From: Tubiluchus corallicola
Lineage: Eukaryota > Animalia > Priapulida
Direction of reading: 5' to 3'
Assembly (NCBI GenBank): GCA_030141605.1
Contig: JAQGDQ010000978.1
Span: forward strand, 1 to 64,000
DNA: 64,000 nucleotides
Shown here: one piece after another, positions 13,579 to 28,019 of the stretch
Layout: every line of letters starts with the position of its first letter
Numbering within the stretch: position 1 is the stretch's first letter
The notes under the pieces: generated by a model
Seen by the model: only the letters and a program-made list of their open reading frames with translations
What the model was told of the DNA's origin: nothing
The model's database searches: none
Translations under genes and position numbers: made by a program

Positions 13579-13983
13579 TTAAGGGCTTAAGTGAAACTGT
13601 TTTTTCACACTATGAATTAGTCATGTTTAAAACAATCAATCCAAATTATCTAACGGCGTTTTTACAACCAAAGCGTTATTTTTAGATAAGACAAATTTAG
13701 ACTAGTCTACGGACTAGGGCAAACAGAGCGTCGCGCCCAAAACAGACAAAAAGCAAATATACTCTTCCTGCGTGAAGATGGAGCCACTGTGATAGTGCTA
13801 CAAGCACAACCTGTAGAGGTGAATGTGTATTAATGTAAGTGTTCGAGTTCCTGAACTCAAACTCGGGAATAAAAACGTATTGATGCAAAACATGATGAAA
13901 TGTACATTATGGGAAGATACGTAGACACTATTATAGGCATCTCATTGAAAAAACAAATTCCAGAATTATGTTAAGTCCTTTAA
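13579..13983. mobile_element. TTAA-flanked Kolobok-like MITE (family B)
   Basis: TTAAGGGCTTAA ... TTAAGTCCTTTAA. The interior is homologous to ~37240-37655 (shared CACTATGAATTAG, GAAGATGGAGCCAC, ATTGATGCAAAA). Confidence 0.55.
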
Positions 13984-15845
13984 GGATTTAATCCCCATTG
14001 TTACTCGTTTTGAACTGGTTTCATCTGTTTAAATTTATAATTTAAGACGAAAATAAATTAATCACGCGAAATAAACAAAGTTTATTATTCTCGGAAGTTT
14101 TATTATAACTTTATTGCAACTGCTTTAAGAAATTACTAGAAGTTTAATTTGAATTTATCTAGTAGTAACTCATTCAAAATCAGTATACCGGCGAATTCCC
14201 ACTAAAAACATTGTGTTGATGAACGGTGCTTTTTATTAATAATACCGAATACCTGCTCAGACTTAACGTTTAATTGCATACGAATTAATACTTTTTCAAT
14301 CGAGGTAAAGAGCTTAAAGGTACGATTAATTCTACCTAAAAGAAAGTGCCAAAATTCAATTATTACCGATTCGTTTATTCAAACAAAAAAATACAAACCT
14401 TGATGTAAATTAAAAATGTCACTTTCATGAACTAGCTTTTGACTACAACGAAAATACGTAAACGTATTATAAAATAAAATAAAGGTATTAAGAAACAAAA
14501 GAAAATATAAAAATTATTAAAACTTAATACACAGCACAATTAAAACCTAAGCATGTAAAATGCTAATCATATTAAACTAACGAATGAGGCAAAACGGGCA
14601 AATAGGTTACTATTGAAATGTATCAAAGACAATGATGAAAAACAAAGTATTTACTAGCAAGTAAACAATGCTGAACAAGCAACCAAAAATGGAGAATGAA
14701 AATAATTGTTCCTTTATTTCGCACATAACTTACAAGCATGTAAACAATGGAAAATGAAAATATTATTTTATTTCACACACATGATACTTTACTTCACACT
14801 AACGGAAAATGAAAATGTTATTTTATGTCACACATGATACAAGCAAAAAAACAATGGAAAATGAAAATATATGTTACTTCATTTCGCACATTTAATATTT
14901 TATAAGCAGTTAAACAATAGATAATGAACATATATATTAAACATGGTGGGAAACGGAACGACATTACGGTTTCTTAACCTAAATAAAGTAAAATATCTAA
15001 TTTTAATCAGCGATTGTACTCTACTTATGAAGCTATTTTACAGTAACAATTGCAGTTTTTTCTTAAATATTTATTTTTAAACATAAGAATTATTCAGAAT
15101 CTATTTTAAATTTGTTGAATTGAACCTGGGATTTAAACTACAGGACATTTTATATGAAATTGTCCCAATTTCACTTCCTTAATTACATTGGCATCATTTA
15201 ATGCAACAGTTATAATTAAAGACGTTTTTTACATTATTTCATGACAGGCCGACAGTTGATGAAAACGATAAAACTTCTGACAAACAGTGAAAGAACAGTG
15301 GCTATATTATACGTAGGTCAATTGGACAGGGCAACTAAAAAATGATGCACTTCACTGTTAGATCCAATGAACGGGTGAGCTTAAAAATGTTACACATGAT
15401 TGGACAGGGTGGTCTAAAAAATGCTAGAGCAGTTCATTTTACATTATACCAGCTGGACAGGCCAAATTGAAGTATTTCAAGTAAACCAAAGCGAAAATCT
15501 AAACAATCAGAATCTAACATTGCAAATGCTGAATTTGGATGGCTTGGTATAAAAGGATGAATTTTTTATGGACTGCCTTAGACTACTGGGAGATGATGCA
15601 GTGGCCAGCTAGTGGCATAAGGCATCCGCAATGTAACCAAAATGTGCCTGGTTCACATCCAGCATGCGTTTTACTTTTTCACGTTTCCTGTATCTCGAGT
15701 TCGCAACATCGTTAGAAATATGCCAAGACACTAAAACATTCCAATTTAATCTAGCAAAACTTGCAAACTGATTCGATGATATGATTTCTGAAACAGTTTT
15801 GAGGATCTTACAATTGCTATTTATAACAATATAAGTTAATTTTGT

Positions 15846-16376
15846 TACATTATCGATTAATATTACAATAGAGTACTTTGATGAATAATCACTTTAGATA
15901 ATACTACATTATTGATTAATATTACAATACGAGTACTTTGCTGAATAATCACTTTAGATAGTACTACATTATCGATTAATATTACAATACGAGTACTTTG
16001 ATGAATAATCACTTCAGATAGTACTACATTATAGATTAATATTACAATACGAGTACTTTGATGAATAATCACTTTAGATAGTACTACATTATTGATTAAT
16101 ATTACAATAGAGTACTTTGATGAATAATCACTTTAGATAATACTACATTATTGATTAATATTACAATACGAGTACTTCGATGAATAATCACTTTAGATAG
16201 TACTACATTATCGATTAATATTACAATAAGAGTACTTCGATGAATAATCACTTTAGATAGTACTACATTATCGATTAATATTACAATACGAGTACTTCGA
16301 TGAATAATCACTTTAGATAGTACTACATTATCGATTAATATTACAATATCAGTACTTCGATGAATAATCACTTTAG
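15846..16376. repeat. 59-60-bp minisatellite, ~9 copies
   Basis: Unit ATTACAATACGAGTACTTTGATGAATAATCACTTTAGATAGTACTACATTATCGATTAAT. Confidence 0.95.
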
Positions 16377-17121
16377 TTAACTAAGTACCAGTCCCGCTAC
16401 AACTGTCTGCACTACTTCCAGGCCCTGTCGCGAGTATTGGCTTGCACAAGTGCTCTCTCTTTCTCAAATCTCAAATTCAAGTTTTCTACAAGGGCCTCCT
16501 CAAGCTTCGACTGAGCGTTACAAGCAACACGATGTTACTCTACTACTCGAGGAGTCTGATCACAGGTCGTGAAAAGGGGAGACCAATGGAGACAGACTGG
16601 CCAAACATGAGACAAGACAGATTAACCCTCCTGAGGCTACAAGAGCACCAGACATGAGCTCTGCATTAGAGCCATGCTCCAGCTGAATAAAGACAGAAGC
16701 ATCACCATCCAAAGGTAAGACCCAGATGTATTCAATGATGGAGAAACATTTGCAAAAACTTATTTAAAGAATTTAAAGACATTATATAGATGTGTAATGC
16801 ATAGATATCAGATGTAGCAGAGACACTCTTGCATCAATTACTATCAATGAGACAAACCAAATTTCAGTATATATAATGAAATCAAAGTTTCTGATAAAAT
16901 ACGCGCTAAAACCAACTATACAACCTGTTCATGAGTTTAAAGTGGGCATTTCATTATGATAAAATTTGAATTGTAAAATTCAATTTAGTGTCTGAAACAT
17001 AAGTGACAGAGACAACCGAAACCGAAAACTATTACAAAATTACTAAATTTGTCAACCTTACACTAAGAACAAGATTGGTGTAGGAAATGTTTGCCACGCC
17101 AGTTTCACTTGCTCGACTTGC

Positions 17122-17315
17122 CTGTCAAAGTTTGTATTTTTTCCTAAATTTTTACTTACCGGTTTGCTAACTCTTTGGTATCCGTAATGAAGCAAAAAGG
17201 GTGTTTTTATTGCTATGCTGTCAAAGTTTGTATTTTTTCCTAAATTTCTACTTAGGCTTTTGCTAACTTTTTGGTATCCGTAATGAAGCAGAAAGGTTGT
17301 TTTTATTGCCATGCT
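17122..17315. repeat. Tandem duplication, 2 x ~96 bp
   Basis: CTGTCAAAGTTTGTATTTTTTCCTAAATTT...GGTATCCGTAATGAAGCA occurs twice. Confidence 0.85.
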
Positions 17316-19228
17316 CCCTGTTAATGCAGCGGATTAGTAGGATTATGCATAAGTACAATTTGTGAGTGTAGAACGCACAATGTTAGTTTAGAAGGAAAAC
17401 TAGTAGCAAGGTTAATTCAGCAGCTGTTAAAATATATGCTGTATTTACAGGAAGCATTTAAAAATAAAAACATCTACAGTATATGTTGGTGTCAAGCAAT
17501 TTAATTTAGCATTCTATAATTATTTGTTTTCTTTTCGCATTTTTACAAACATGCATTACCTGAAAATGTTTAAAACGAAGCCAGCCTTAGTCATGTGACC
17601 TAAGCTTTAGTAGTACACGCCACCTATCAATCACACTTGTTCTTACACGTAGTTAGATTTTCTGTTGCCGCTATGCTGACCATGCCGTTTGGTGATACTT
17701 GCATTGCTTTGACTATTTTGTTGCAATTGAACAGTCACTAGTTGTATTTTCAAGCCAAAGTTGTCGCCAGTACATGCAAGTCACCATCTACTTTAATAAT
17801 TAGCTAATAGTTTAAATTGGTTAGAATTGCTTCAAATCTCTAGAATCATAAAGTAATAATTTGTGTTTCAGTCTTCTTAAATCTAATTTTTTATTTTGTC
17901 TGAATAGTAATAACCTTTACACGTTCTTAAGTACTTTTTGTGATCTGTTATTTTAATAAATTGCAGGTCTATCGTGCAGTTCAATACTGATTTTTGCCGT
18001 TTCTTTGCCTGGACTGGGCGCATCCACAGTATATATATAAAAATTAAAATTATCAAAATATTACAATATTTAACTAGGTTTTATATATATTAGGGTTTAT
18101 ATATCAATGTGGTGAGAAAAAAGTTTAGGGGGAAAATTTGCAAAAATACAGCTGTAGATGACCACTTGTGGAATTTAACACGAGGTCGTTGAGGAATATG
18201 TTTAGTATTTTTGGTAATGAATTACCTACTAATGTAAAAAAAACCCCTATGCATAACACATGTGCGTCATTTCTGACTAGAAAGATTTCTTCTACTAATA
18301 AACAGTCTCTTCACATTACAATTTACATTTTTATATAACCTTTCTCCCCTTTAAATATCAAGATAAAACCATCAATCATCTTAGATAGTGTATCAAAAAT
18401 ATTCTGCACTCTTAGGTTCCAACTACAAATATTGTTTCTAGCCTTTTTCAAGGAAAAACCACTTGCAAATGTGAGTGAATGTCTACACCAGCGTTCAGTA
18501 ATATCACATCTGTTCTAGAAGTGGCCAGGTCTACTATTCTGTCTCTTAAAAAATCATTATCCCCTACCTCAAATATCACCAACCTATTAACTGTGCGTTT
18601 GAAACATTTGAAAAGTTAGAAATTTCTCTTCACTGTCAGCAGTGATGAGTGTGTTCTCAACAGCGTTTGTCTTACCAGTTACTAGCTCATTTTTGCATCG
18701 AATCTTTTAGCTTGTTATGCAACTCAAAGTTTCTCATTATACACACCAATGGATAACTGCTGCTGCCACCTGCCAGATACTAACTGTAACATATAAATTT
18801 TCTTCTGTAAAAGAACGACATTTAGTTTATCATTAATTTTTTATCATTTTGATAAATGTACGGCAGAATTACACAGACGATTGAACCACGTGGTTTACAT
18901 GCACACACACCAATGGATAACTGCTGCTGCCACCTGCCACACAAATGAGAACTGAAACTATAAATAATGAGCAAGTCAGTATTTTCTAGTTGCAAATGTT
19001 GTGTTCAATGGTAACCTATTACAAACAAATACTAAACACACTGCTATTAAGATTTGCTATTTAAAAAAACATGTAATGTATTATGTAATAAATTTCAAAA
19101 GCCGCTATTAAGTAAATTTTGCGTCACAATGAACAAAAATTATGCATTATGTAACAAACTAATACAGGGCCTGTCCTTCGCCATTACTTTGTTACATAAT
19201 GCATCATGCGGTGCTTTCATTACATAAT

Positions 19229-19713
19229 CAGGGATGAGAATTACAAATTGTAAAAAACTCTGAAACAGGCCGGGGTTTTTGGTGCCACCAAGGCCCCCAA
19301 TGGAGTTCAAGGGGAGCCAGCAACAAATTGAAATTTTGTGACCATAGAGAGCCTCTAAGTGGACTTAAAACATCAGTTACCTTGTTTCGTGCATAATTTA
19401 AAATACCCAACTATCAAGGATACATGATACCTAATTGTCTCAAAACGCCTAAGTACTGGCCGCTCCTATGCAAAAGTAAATAAAAACTGTCTGCAATTGA
19501 CTCAAATAACTCCGCACAATTGATTCTATATTTTTATACATAGAGATATACACGTGGTTACACTGATGTACGTGATGTAAACAAAGTGATGGCCTGCCAT
19601 CTAGCGGTCAGCTTGTGAAATAATGTACTGGGTCCGTAAAAATTTTCTCAACGAATTTACGCAATTTACAAAAATGGCACTGGTTTTCCAAAAACTCGGA
19701 ATTCTCATCCCTG
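19229..19713. mobile_element. hAT-like MITE with 14-bp TIR and 6-bp TSD
   Basis: CAGGGATGAGAATT ... AATTCTCATCCCTG, flanked by CATAAT on both sides. Confidence 0.85.
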
Positions 19714-21099
19714 CATAATGCAACATTGTTACATAACGAGTCTCTTGCTGAGCCTCTGTACACAGAGTTGATATGTCAAAATAAAATCTGCATTAGCCAT
19801 GATCATTTTGACAATTTATAATTGGCAAACTGTTGCAATGGTTGCAAATGTTACAATATTCTACCTGGTAGAAAGAAAGCAATTAGCAGACCTGCTGCCA
19901 GAAACTTAACATAAGCAACAGGTAAGCCACAAATTTTGCGAACGGGAGAAATCAATCGAATTGCTGCACTCAGTGATGGCTAGGAATCGAAGCTAGAAAT
20001 CCAATTAATAAACCCATTATTTCAGATTAAATTGAGAGAGTAAATCAATGCTTTCTTAGTTAATTTACCCCAAAAATTTCTCAAAATGGAACAACAATTA
20101 CCAAGTTACAAATTGAGTGCTAAAAGCACAAATATTGAGCAAGTTAGTACATAAATCATATAGAAAGTATTTTTGTGTTCAAAGATGGCCAACTAGAAAC
20201 AAAAACTTAATACATCCCTTATTAGGTATCATAAACTTGGTGCTCCTCCTTACCAATCATTGCTTTGCTTCTTAGTTAACTGATTTGCTTAGAAATGCAC
20301 CTCAAAAGCAGCAAGATAAGCTTTTGAAAGCTGCGTAATCAACCGTAAGGTTAGAAATCGAAGTTGGACATTGGTCAAAACAGCTCAAAGTTCATCCCTG
20401 AAGTAGTCCAACCAAATTCAGCAATTTTCAATGCTACATGGCTCACACTGGAGTGATTTTTGCTACTTAATGAAATTGATTCATTCTGTTGGTCAGCTAT
20501 ACGGATGAACTTTGGGCTGCCTTGACCAATGGGAGATACAATGGCCGAATGGTCTAGGGTGTTAGTCAGCTATACGGTTGAACTTTGGATTGCCTTGACC
20601 AATTGTCTAGGGCGTCTGTCTTCTATAAGCAAAAAGGTGCAACTTTTTCTCATTTCCTGTCTGTTAAGGCATCAAAATTCAATACTGGGTTTGTTTTATC
20701 AATAAATAATCATCTTTACATTAAGATTGCAATAATTACAATAATAAATACACCTATTACTAACATATTAAGCTAAACAAGTTCATTAATAATTGCGATA
20801 TTTCTAATTAATTCGCTCAATTTTCTGAAAACCCGACCCAAATTCAGTACAAAACCACAAGTACTGAGCAAGCAGTGCTTTCAAGTTGCAAAAGGCCGTG
20901 TTTAGCGATAGCCTACTAGAAACAGGTGTTTAAATACGCTGTTGTTAAGATTCACTGTTGAACAAAAAGCTGCGTTAAATTACGTAACAATCTTTGCGTC
21001 ATATAAAAATCATTATGTGACAAATTGATGCCTTTGTGTAACAAACAAATGCAGGGTAGGTCTTAGTCCGTGATTAGGCCTTATCTTTCTGATCTTACA

Positions 21100-22470
21100 T
21101 AGACCAGACCTCAGAAGACGACTAAACCCCAGACATACTAGTTACAGATCAGACCTCTGAACACTGTAAAATAGACAGACCAGCCACCGAGCAGACCTCT
21201 GAAGATTATACTAAAGGCAAAAATTGCTGACCAGACCTTTAAGACTAGGACAGCGACAGACTAGCCACAAACCACACGTCTGAAAATCATATCCCAGAAA
21301 GACCAACCACAGATCAAACTTCTGAAGACTCGACACTAGACATGTATCAGACTTCAGACAGACCAAACCACAGCCAGTTGACTCGGACAGACCAGCTACA
21401 GATCAAACTTTGAAAGACTCGACACCAGACATGTATCAAACCTCAGACAGACCAAATCACAGATCAAACTTTGAAAGACTCGACACCAGACATGTATCAA
21501 ACCTCAGACAGACCAAACCACAGCCAGTCGACCCTGACAGACCAGCTACAGATCAAACTTTGAAAGACTCGACACCAGACATGTATCAAACCTCAGACAG
21601 ACCAAACCACAGCCAGTTGACTCGGACAGACCAGCTACAGATCAAACTTTGAAAGACTCGACACCAGACATGAATTAGACCCCAGACATACCAAACTCCA
21701 AAAAAACCAAACCACGGCCAGTCGAACCCGACAGACCAGCCACATATCAAAACTCTGAAGACTCGGCACCAAACATGTATCAGACTCCTGACAGACCAAC
21801 CAGTCGACCCACTTATAGAGCAGAAAGAGACTTTTACCCATTCTATAATGACAGCTAATCTAAACCGTGGACAGGGCAGAGTACATGAATTCTGATAGAA
21901 CACACCTGTGAAGACCAGACCTAGACATCACCTGTAGACCATACCTGTAAAAACCAGACCAATGACAGACTAGTCAAAAACCGGACCACTGAAGACCAAC
22001 TCCCAGACAGACCAGCCACATCTCAGACGTCCGAAGACTAAACCCCAGAAAGATGAGGAGGCCACACACTTGAACTCAGCGATCAGCCACAGTTCAAATC
22101 GTTGAAGACCAGACCCTGACAGATCAGCTACAGAGCAGATATTTGTTGTATCAAACCTCTGAAGAGCAGCTATAGACCAAACAAAAGGTTAATCCACAGG
22201 CCAGACCTTCGAAGACTACACCAGATAGACTAAGCCCCACACAGACCAGGTGTAGATCAGACGTCAACCCCCAGAATGTCAACTACAGACCAGAACAGCA
22301 ATAGATCAGATCAAATCCCAGACAGACTAGCCAAATTAAAGACTTCTGCACCTCATACCCAGACGACACAGCTACAATGCAGACCTCTGAAGACCAGACT
22401 CCAGACAAACCAGCCACAAACCAGACGCCAGACTCCAGATAGACCAGGGGACAGTAGAGCAAACCCAGAC
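21100..22470. repeat. Degenerate CAGAC-rich minisatellite
   Basis: Recurrent GAAGAC/CAGACAGACCA/CAGATCAAAC motifs, best conserved at 21300-21780. Confidence 0.85.
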
Positions 22471-23213
22471 CGTAACAAGGTATATTCACCAACCATGATC
22501 AACTCTGCATTCGTTTGTTACATAATTATCACTACATAATGACACATTTGTTACTCAACGAAAAATTTTGCGATTTTTACACAATGCAGCATTTTTGTTA
22601 CGTAGTACTATTACATAGTGAGGTTTTTGTAGAGTTGTTGTGGCACAATGCTCTGAATAAACATTAAATTTCATTTAATGACGGTTGAAAGCGAAGCTAG
22701 AAATCAAATTATACACCCATTATTGAATTTTTTCAACGAACATATTTTCAGACTTGCTTAATTATTATATCATCACTCAGTTGTCTGCGTAACAATTTTG
22801 TGTATAACTTACTGATTTTGGATCCTATTTTGAGGAAATTGATGGAGTACTGTGTTCAGTAGTAACCTTCAAAAACAAATGCTCAAAACACCTGCTATTT
22901 CATATCATAAATTTGCTCTTTATTCGTCGGTTTCTTAAAAATGCGAGTTTTGATGTGTCTGAAATGTTTGAATCCTAAACAAATTTAGTGCAAGTTTCTT
23001 CATGACTATTCTAATAATGTCAATGGGGAAATTTATCTCTGTTCCTTAGCAGTTTTCTAAGCACTTTGTTATCAATCACAAAGCAGGTTCATAATGCACC
23101 AATCCGGTACGTAATTTCATCTTAATTGTTAGTTAGTTACCAAACACGAATTGATTTCGTATGACACTATGCAGAAAATAATTTGACGATATGTAATAAA
23201 CAGCCAGACCCAC

Positions 23214-23827
23214 TTAAAGCAAAACCGGATCAGATCTTAAACTACAGGACAAAACAATCTACTCTTTAAAATATTGAAAGGAAACGTATTATTTTTTTCA
23301 AAAATGACTTACGTGAAAGAATTATTACCATACAAACACGATTTCACGTTCGCGCCCCTAGTTCTTAGCTGTTACATGCGCCATTCGCTAGTTAGACTCG
23401 CCCTAACGCCTGCATTTCGGAAACGCATTACACAGAAAACAGGTGCTGTATTTCTCAGTTCAGATGTGTTCGTTTGTGACGAAGTACACACGTTCAACAG
23501 CTCACGCGTGAGCACAGCGGTAAATTTGAAAGAATTTTTGTCTAAAAAGCCGCCTAGTTTTAGCACAACACACTGAATATCTTACAGTATCACCTCATTT
23601 CAATTTTCTCTCTTACAAACACATGCAACACGCTCGTGGAATATTTTTTGCACTTGGAAATTACGTTAATCTGTCATGTCATCTATAGTTGGGCTCGCCT
23701 GCCGTTGATTAAGTATTTAATCTATTATTTAATTATTAGAAACGCTTTTACAGTAATAACTGTGTTAAAATGTATACTTTTTATCGGACTTGAGAATGGG
23801 TATTATATGAAAAATCATCCTGTCTTC
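23214..23827. mobile_element. TTAA-type Kolobok-like MITE (family C, copy 1)
   Basis: Starts TTAAAGCAAAACCGG. Homologous to the complete copy 53319-53879 and the partial copy ~33028-33370. Confidence 0.65.
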
Positions 23828-25836
23828 ATCACTTATTTAATTTTGACTTGCATGTCAAATAACACTGAGTCTGTACTTTTTCTTAATAGTTGATTTCTTT
23901 AATAATAAGTTTGTAACGCCATTCTACAAGTTTCTCTAATTAGTTAAATATCTTTTAATCTATTACTCCTTCTCTAAATTCCGTGCAAACATAAAACCAC
24001 TAGATTAAGTTTTGTGTCAAAACTATTTTACATTGCTGAACATCTTCAGGCTCCAACTACAAATGTACTCCTTCTAACTTGTAGCTCTTTTTAAAAAAAA
24101 ATTAGCAAAAATGACTGAATGTCTACGCAACATTCAAAACTATTCTGCATGACCGGCGGCCACAGTAGTGGTCGCATGTCTATGGACCAGTCCTAGTGTT
24201 CAATGTAATGTACTCATACCTCAAAAGTCTGTGCATTTGAAAAATTTGAATGTCAGGAATTTCTCTTCACTCTCATTATGTCACAGGGCTCCTCCTCTTC
24301 CCCACAGGGCCTTTCTTACCAGCTCATTTTCATGTCAAATCCTTTAGCTTGAAGTTTCTCGGTTATGCACCACGGAGATACCCAGTAACTGCTGCTGACA
24401 CCTGCCGGAGACTAACCGTAACATGTAAAATTTCTTCTGAAAAACAGAACTTTCGCTTATTAATCATTATGAATACGTGGCATGAGATCAGCCCAAATAA
24501 CGTGAAACAAATGAAATAATATTGAAACGTGCAAAAAACTTTGATCATAGCGCTGTTGTGACAAAATGATCTAAATAAATCGATATCGGCCAAGAAGACT
24601 GTTATATGATAGTCAGTGTATGGCTGGTAAACTGTTCCCATTGTGTCATGCCTGCCAGAAAAACAATTAAGACCTACTGTAGAGACAATGAAATTAATTA
24701 ATAAAATCTAAATAAACTGAAATATAAAAAAATCTAAAAAAACATCATTAATGTTGCTGTAGAGAGAAACTGTTGAGCGAACTGGTTCATTTGTGACGTA
24801 AATATTACTTTCTATGTTAGTATAGAAATTGAAACTAGAAACCAAACAAAACGGCCATTACCTCTGATTAAGCATAATATTTTTATCAACAATTGGTCTG
24901 TTTTTAATTAATTCCGCCAAATTCTTTAAAGTACAACTCAAAATCTTAACGCAAAAACGTCATTAAAACAAGTTTGCAAATGCGTGGCCTACACCAACTT
25001 TTAGTTAATAGTATGATACCGGTTCTAGACGTTGCTTACCCTACCTAGAATTCAATTACTCCAAAAAACTGTACTCCATTATCTCAAATATCCACATGCT
25101 TTAGGGTTGGGATTTTATTTTAGGATTGAAGAAACAGAAATTTCTCTTCGCTTTTGGCATGTCACCTGTTCTCCTTAACAGAGGGCTAGTCTTACCAGTT
25201 ACCAGCTCCTTCAGCTTGCAACTCGATCAGGATTTTTCATAAATCACACACCAAAGAGTAACAGTTACTGCTGCTGCCACCTGTCAGAGAGTAATCGGAA
25301 CATGCAAAATTTCCTTCCATAAACAGAAGAATACTGCATTTCTCAATATTTTCTATACTATCTATACACAGCACAAAGTCGTAAGCACAAACCAAAATAC
25401 TTTATTTCACATTATGCTTATTGCGTTAATTAATCTTTGCTTTGTTTTAAGTCAGTTCTGGCAATTTTTTCAAAAACGCACGGTAAAATCGGTAAAATCA
25501 TTATAATTACAAATTAATTAATTAATTATACATTGTATTAAAATCTAAAACCATAATTATCAAGCAAATCACTACTTTCCCAATGTTTTGTAGCCTCCTA
25601 CTAAAACAAAGCTTTAATACATCCACACATGTTCGTCAATAACTACTTTGTTCTTGTTTTTGGTTAGATCAAAGCCGCAAGACATCCTTCAAGAGGCTTT
25701 GTCACTCCTGCCCTGACTAGGGTACTTTGACTTGCTTACCGACGTGTTACAATGTTCTGGGACATTCCTAAGTTGCTCTACATTGCATCACGTGTAAGAG
25801 CAACAGAGTAGATTTTTCAGCAAACACCGAGCTGCG

Positions 25837-26100
25837 ATAAATCTAAGAAGTGAGTTCAGATAAACCTAAGAAGTGAGTTCAGATAAACCTAAGAAGTGAG
25901 CTCAGATAAACCTAAGAAGTGAGCTCAGATAAACCTAAGAAGTGAGCTCAGATAAACCTAAGAAGTGAGCTCAGATAAACCTAAGAAGTGAGCTCAGATA
26001 AACCTAACAAGTGAGCTCAGATAAACCTAACAAGTGAGCTCAGATAAACCTAACAAGTGAGTTCAGATAAACCTAACAAGTGAGTTCAGATAAACCTAAG
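25837..26100. repeat. 23-bp minisatellite, ~11 copies
   Basis: Unit GATAAACCTAAGAAGTGAGCTCA. Confidence 0.95.
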
Positions 26101-26281
26101 AATGAATCCTTAATCGTCTGTATCACCTGCCTAATTCGGATCACGCAACATTGACACGTATGCCTAAATATCTGAATCTGAAGCAAATCTAGTATTGATC
26201 ATCTCAAAGTTTGACAGAATTAACTTCACGATATTCTGATGACGGCAATAATTATTGGGAAAAAGCCAGAGCCCTGTTCTA

Positions 26282-26700
26282 ACTTTGTCCTGCGCAACAG
26301 AACTGAATTTTCTAACGCTACCGACGCTACTTTCTTGGCTACTTTGTCCTGCGCAACAGAACTGAATTTTCTAACGCTACCAACGCTACTTTCTTGGCTA
26401 CTTTGTCCTGCGCAACAGAACTGAATTTTCTAACGCTAACGACGCTACTTTCTTGGCTACTTTGTCCTGCACAACAGAACTGAATTTTCTAACGCTAACG
26501 ACGCTACTTTCTTGGCTACTTTGTCCTGCACAATAGAACTGAATTTTCTAACGCTACCGAGGCTACTTTCTTGGCTACTTTGTCCTGGGCAGGGCAACAG
26601 AACTGAATTTTCTAATGCTACCGACGCTACTTTCTTGGCTACTTTGTCCTGGGCAACAGAACTGAATTTTCTAACGCTACCAACGCTACTTTCTTGGCTA
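26282..26700. repeat. 59-bp minisatellite, ~7 copies
   Basis: Unit ACTTTGTCCTGCGCAACAGAACTGAATTTTCTAACGCTACCGACGCTACTTTCTTGGCT. Confidence 0.95.
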
Positions 26701-27284
26701 CATAGCAATCATACGGCATGAGCAAGTATTCTTACCTGGTATTTATTTCATCGTAATGGTCAGCTAGCAAAAATGCCTGGGATATATATAACCCATGATG
26801 GGATTTAATCTATGAGGATTCCGTATTTGATTACACAATAACAAACATTCTGACGACGTAAACAGAACTATTTAATGGCGTCCTTTGACAAGTTTAAACT
26901 TTTCTGCGGCAAAAGTTTTTTTTTTGTTTTTATTACCATGTCTCCTGCAAATACAGTATTTTTAGCACATGCATATGTGGGCACACACTTACAAAGGTGA
27001 GTATAATTTGTTAATTGCCCTTAGATGTTATGTTAGTATGGAAAAGACCAATAATTGTTATTAGCATAAATGTTAAGTAGAGATATCGTAAATCACTCAT
27101 GTGCTGTGTTTCCAGGAAACATTTAAATAAAAACAGACTAGTATGTAAAACCGTTTAAAATACTAATCCATTTCAAAAATTAAAGTGCCAGTTAAGCAGC
27201 TCTAAATGACTTTGGGTTTAAGTGAACGTCAAAATAGTTTCTAATTACGAAATCTTATATAAAAATATTGAAAATTGCTTCCCA

Positions 27285-27302
27285 AGAGAGAGGGAAGAGA
27301 GA

Positions 27303-27385
<83 letters not shown>

Positions 27386-27446
27386 TGAGAGAGAAAGTAG
27401 AGTGGAAGAGAATCGAAAAGAAGAAGAGAAAGAGAGAGATAGAGGG

Positions 27447-27492
<46 letters not shown>

Positions 27493-27566
27493 GAGAGAGG
27501 GGGAAGAAAGCGAGTGAGAGAGTGAAAAAAGAAACAGAGAGAGAAAGAGAGAGGAGAGAGAGAGAA

Positions 27567-27616
<50 letters not shown>

Positions 27617-27841
27617 AGAGAAAGAGAGAAGAGAGAAAGCACAAGAGGGGAGTGAGAGAGAGAGAAGAGAGAGAAAGAGAGAGGAAAGAGAGAGAGAGAG
27701 AGAGAGAGAAGGAGAAAGAGAGAGAGAGAGAGAGAGAGAAGGAGGGAGGGAGGGAATGATGAGAGAGATGGGGGAAGAAAGCGAGTGAGTGAGTGAAAAA
27801 AGAAACAGAGAGAGAAAGATCGAGCAAGAGAGAGAGAGAGA

Positions 27842-27935
<94 letters not shown>

Positions 27936-27988
27936 GCACAAGAGTGGGTGAGTGAGAGAGAGAGAAGGGAGAGAGAGAGAGAGAGAAG

Positions 27989-28019
<31 letters not shown>

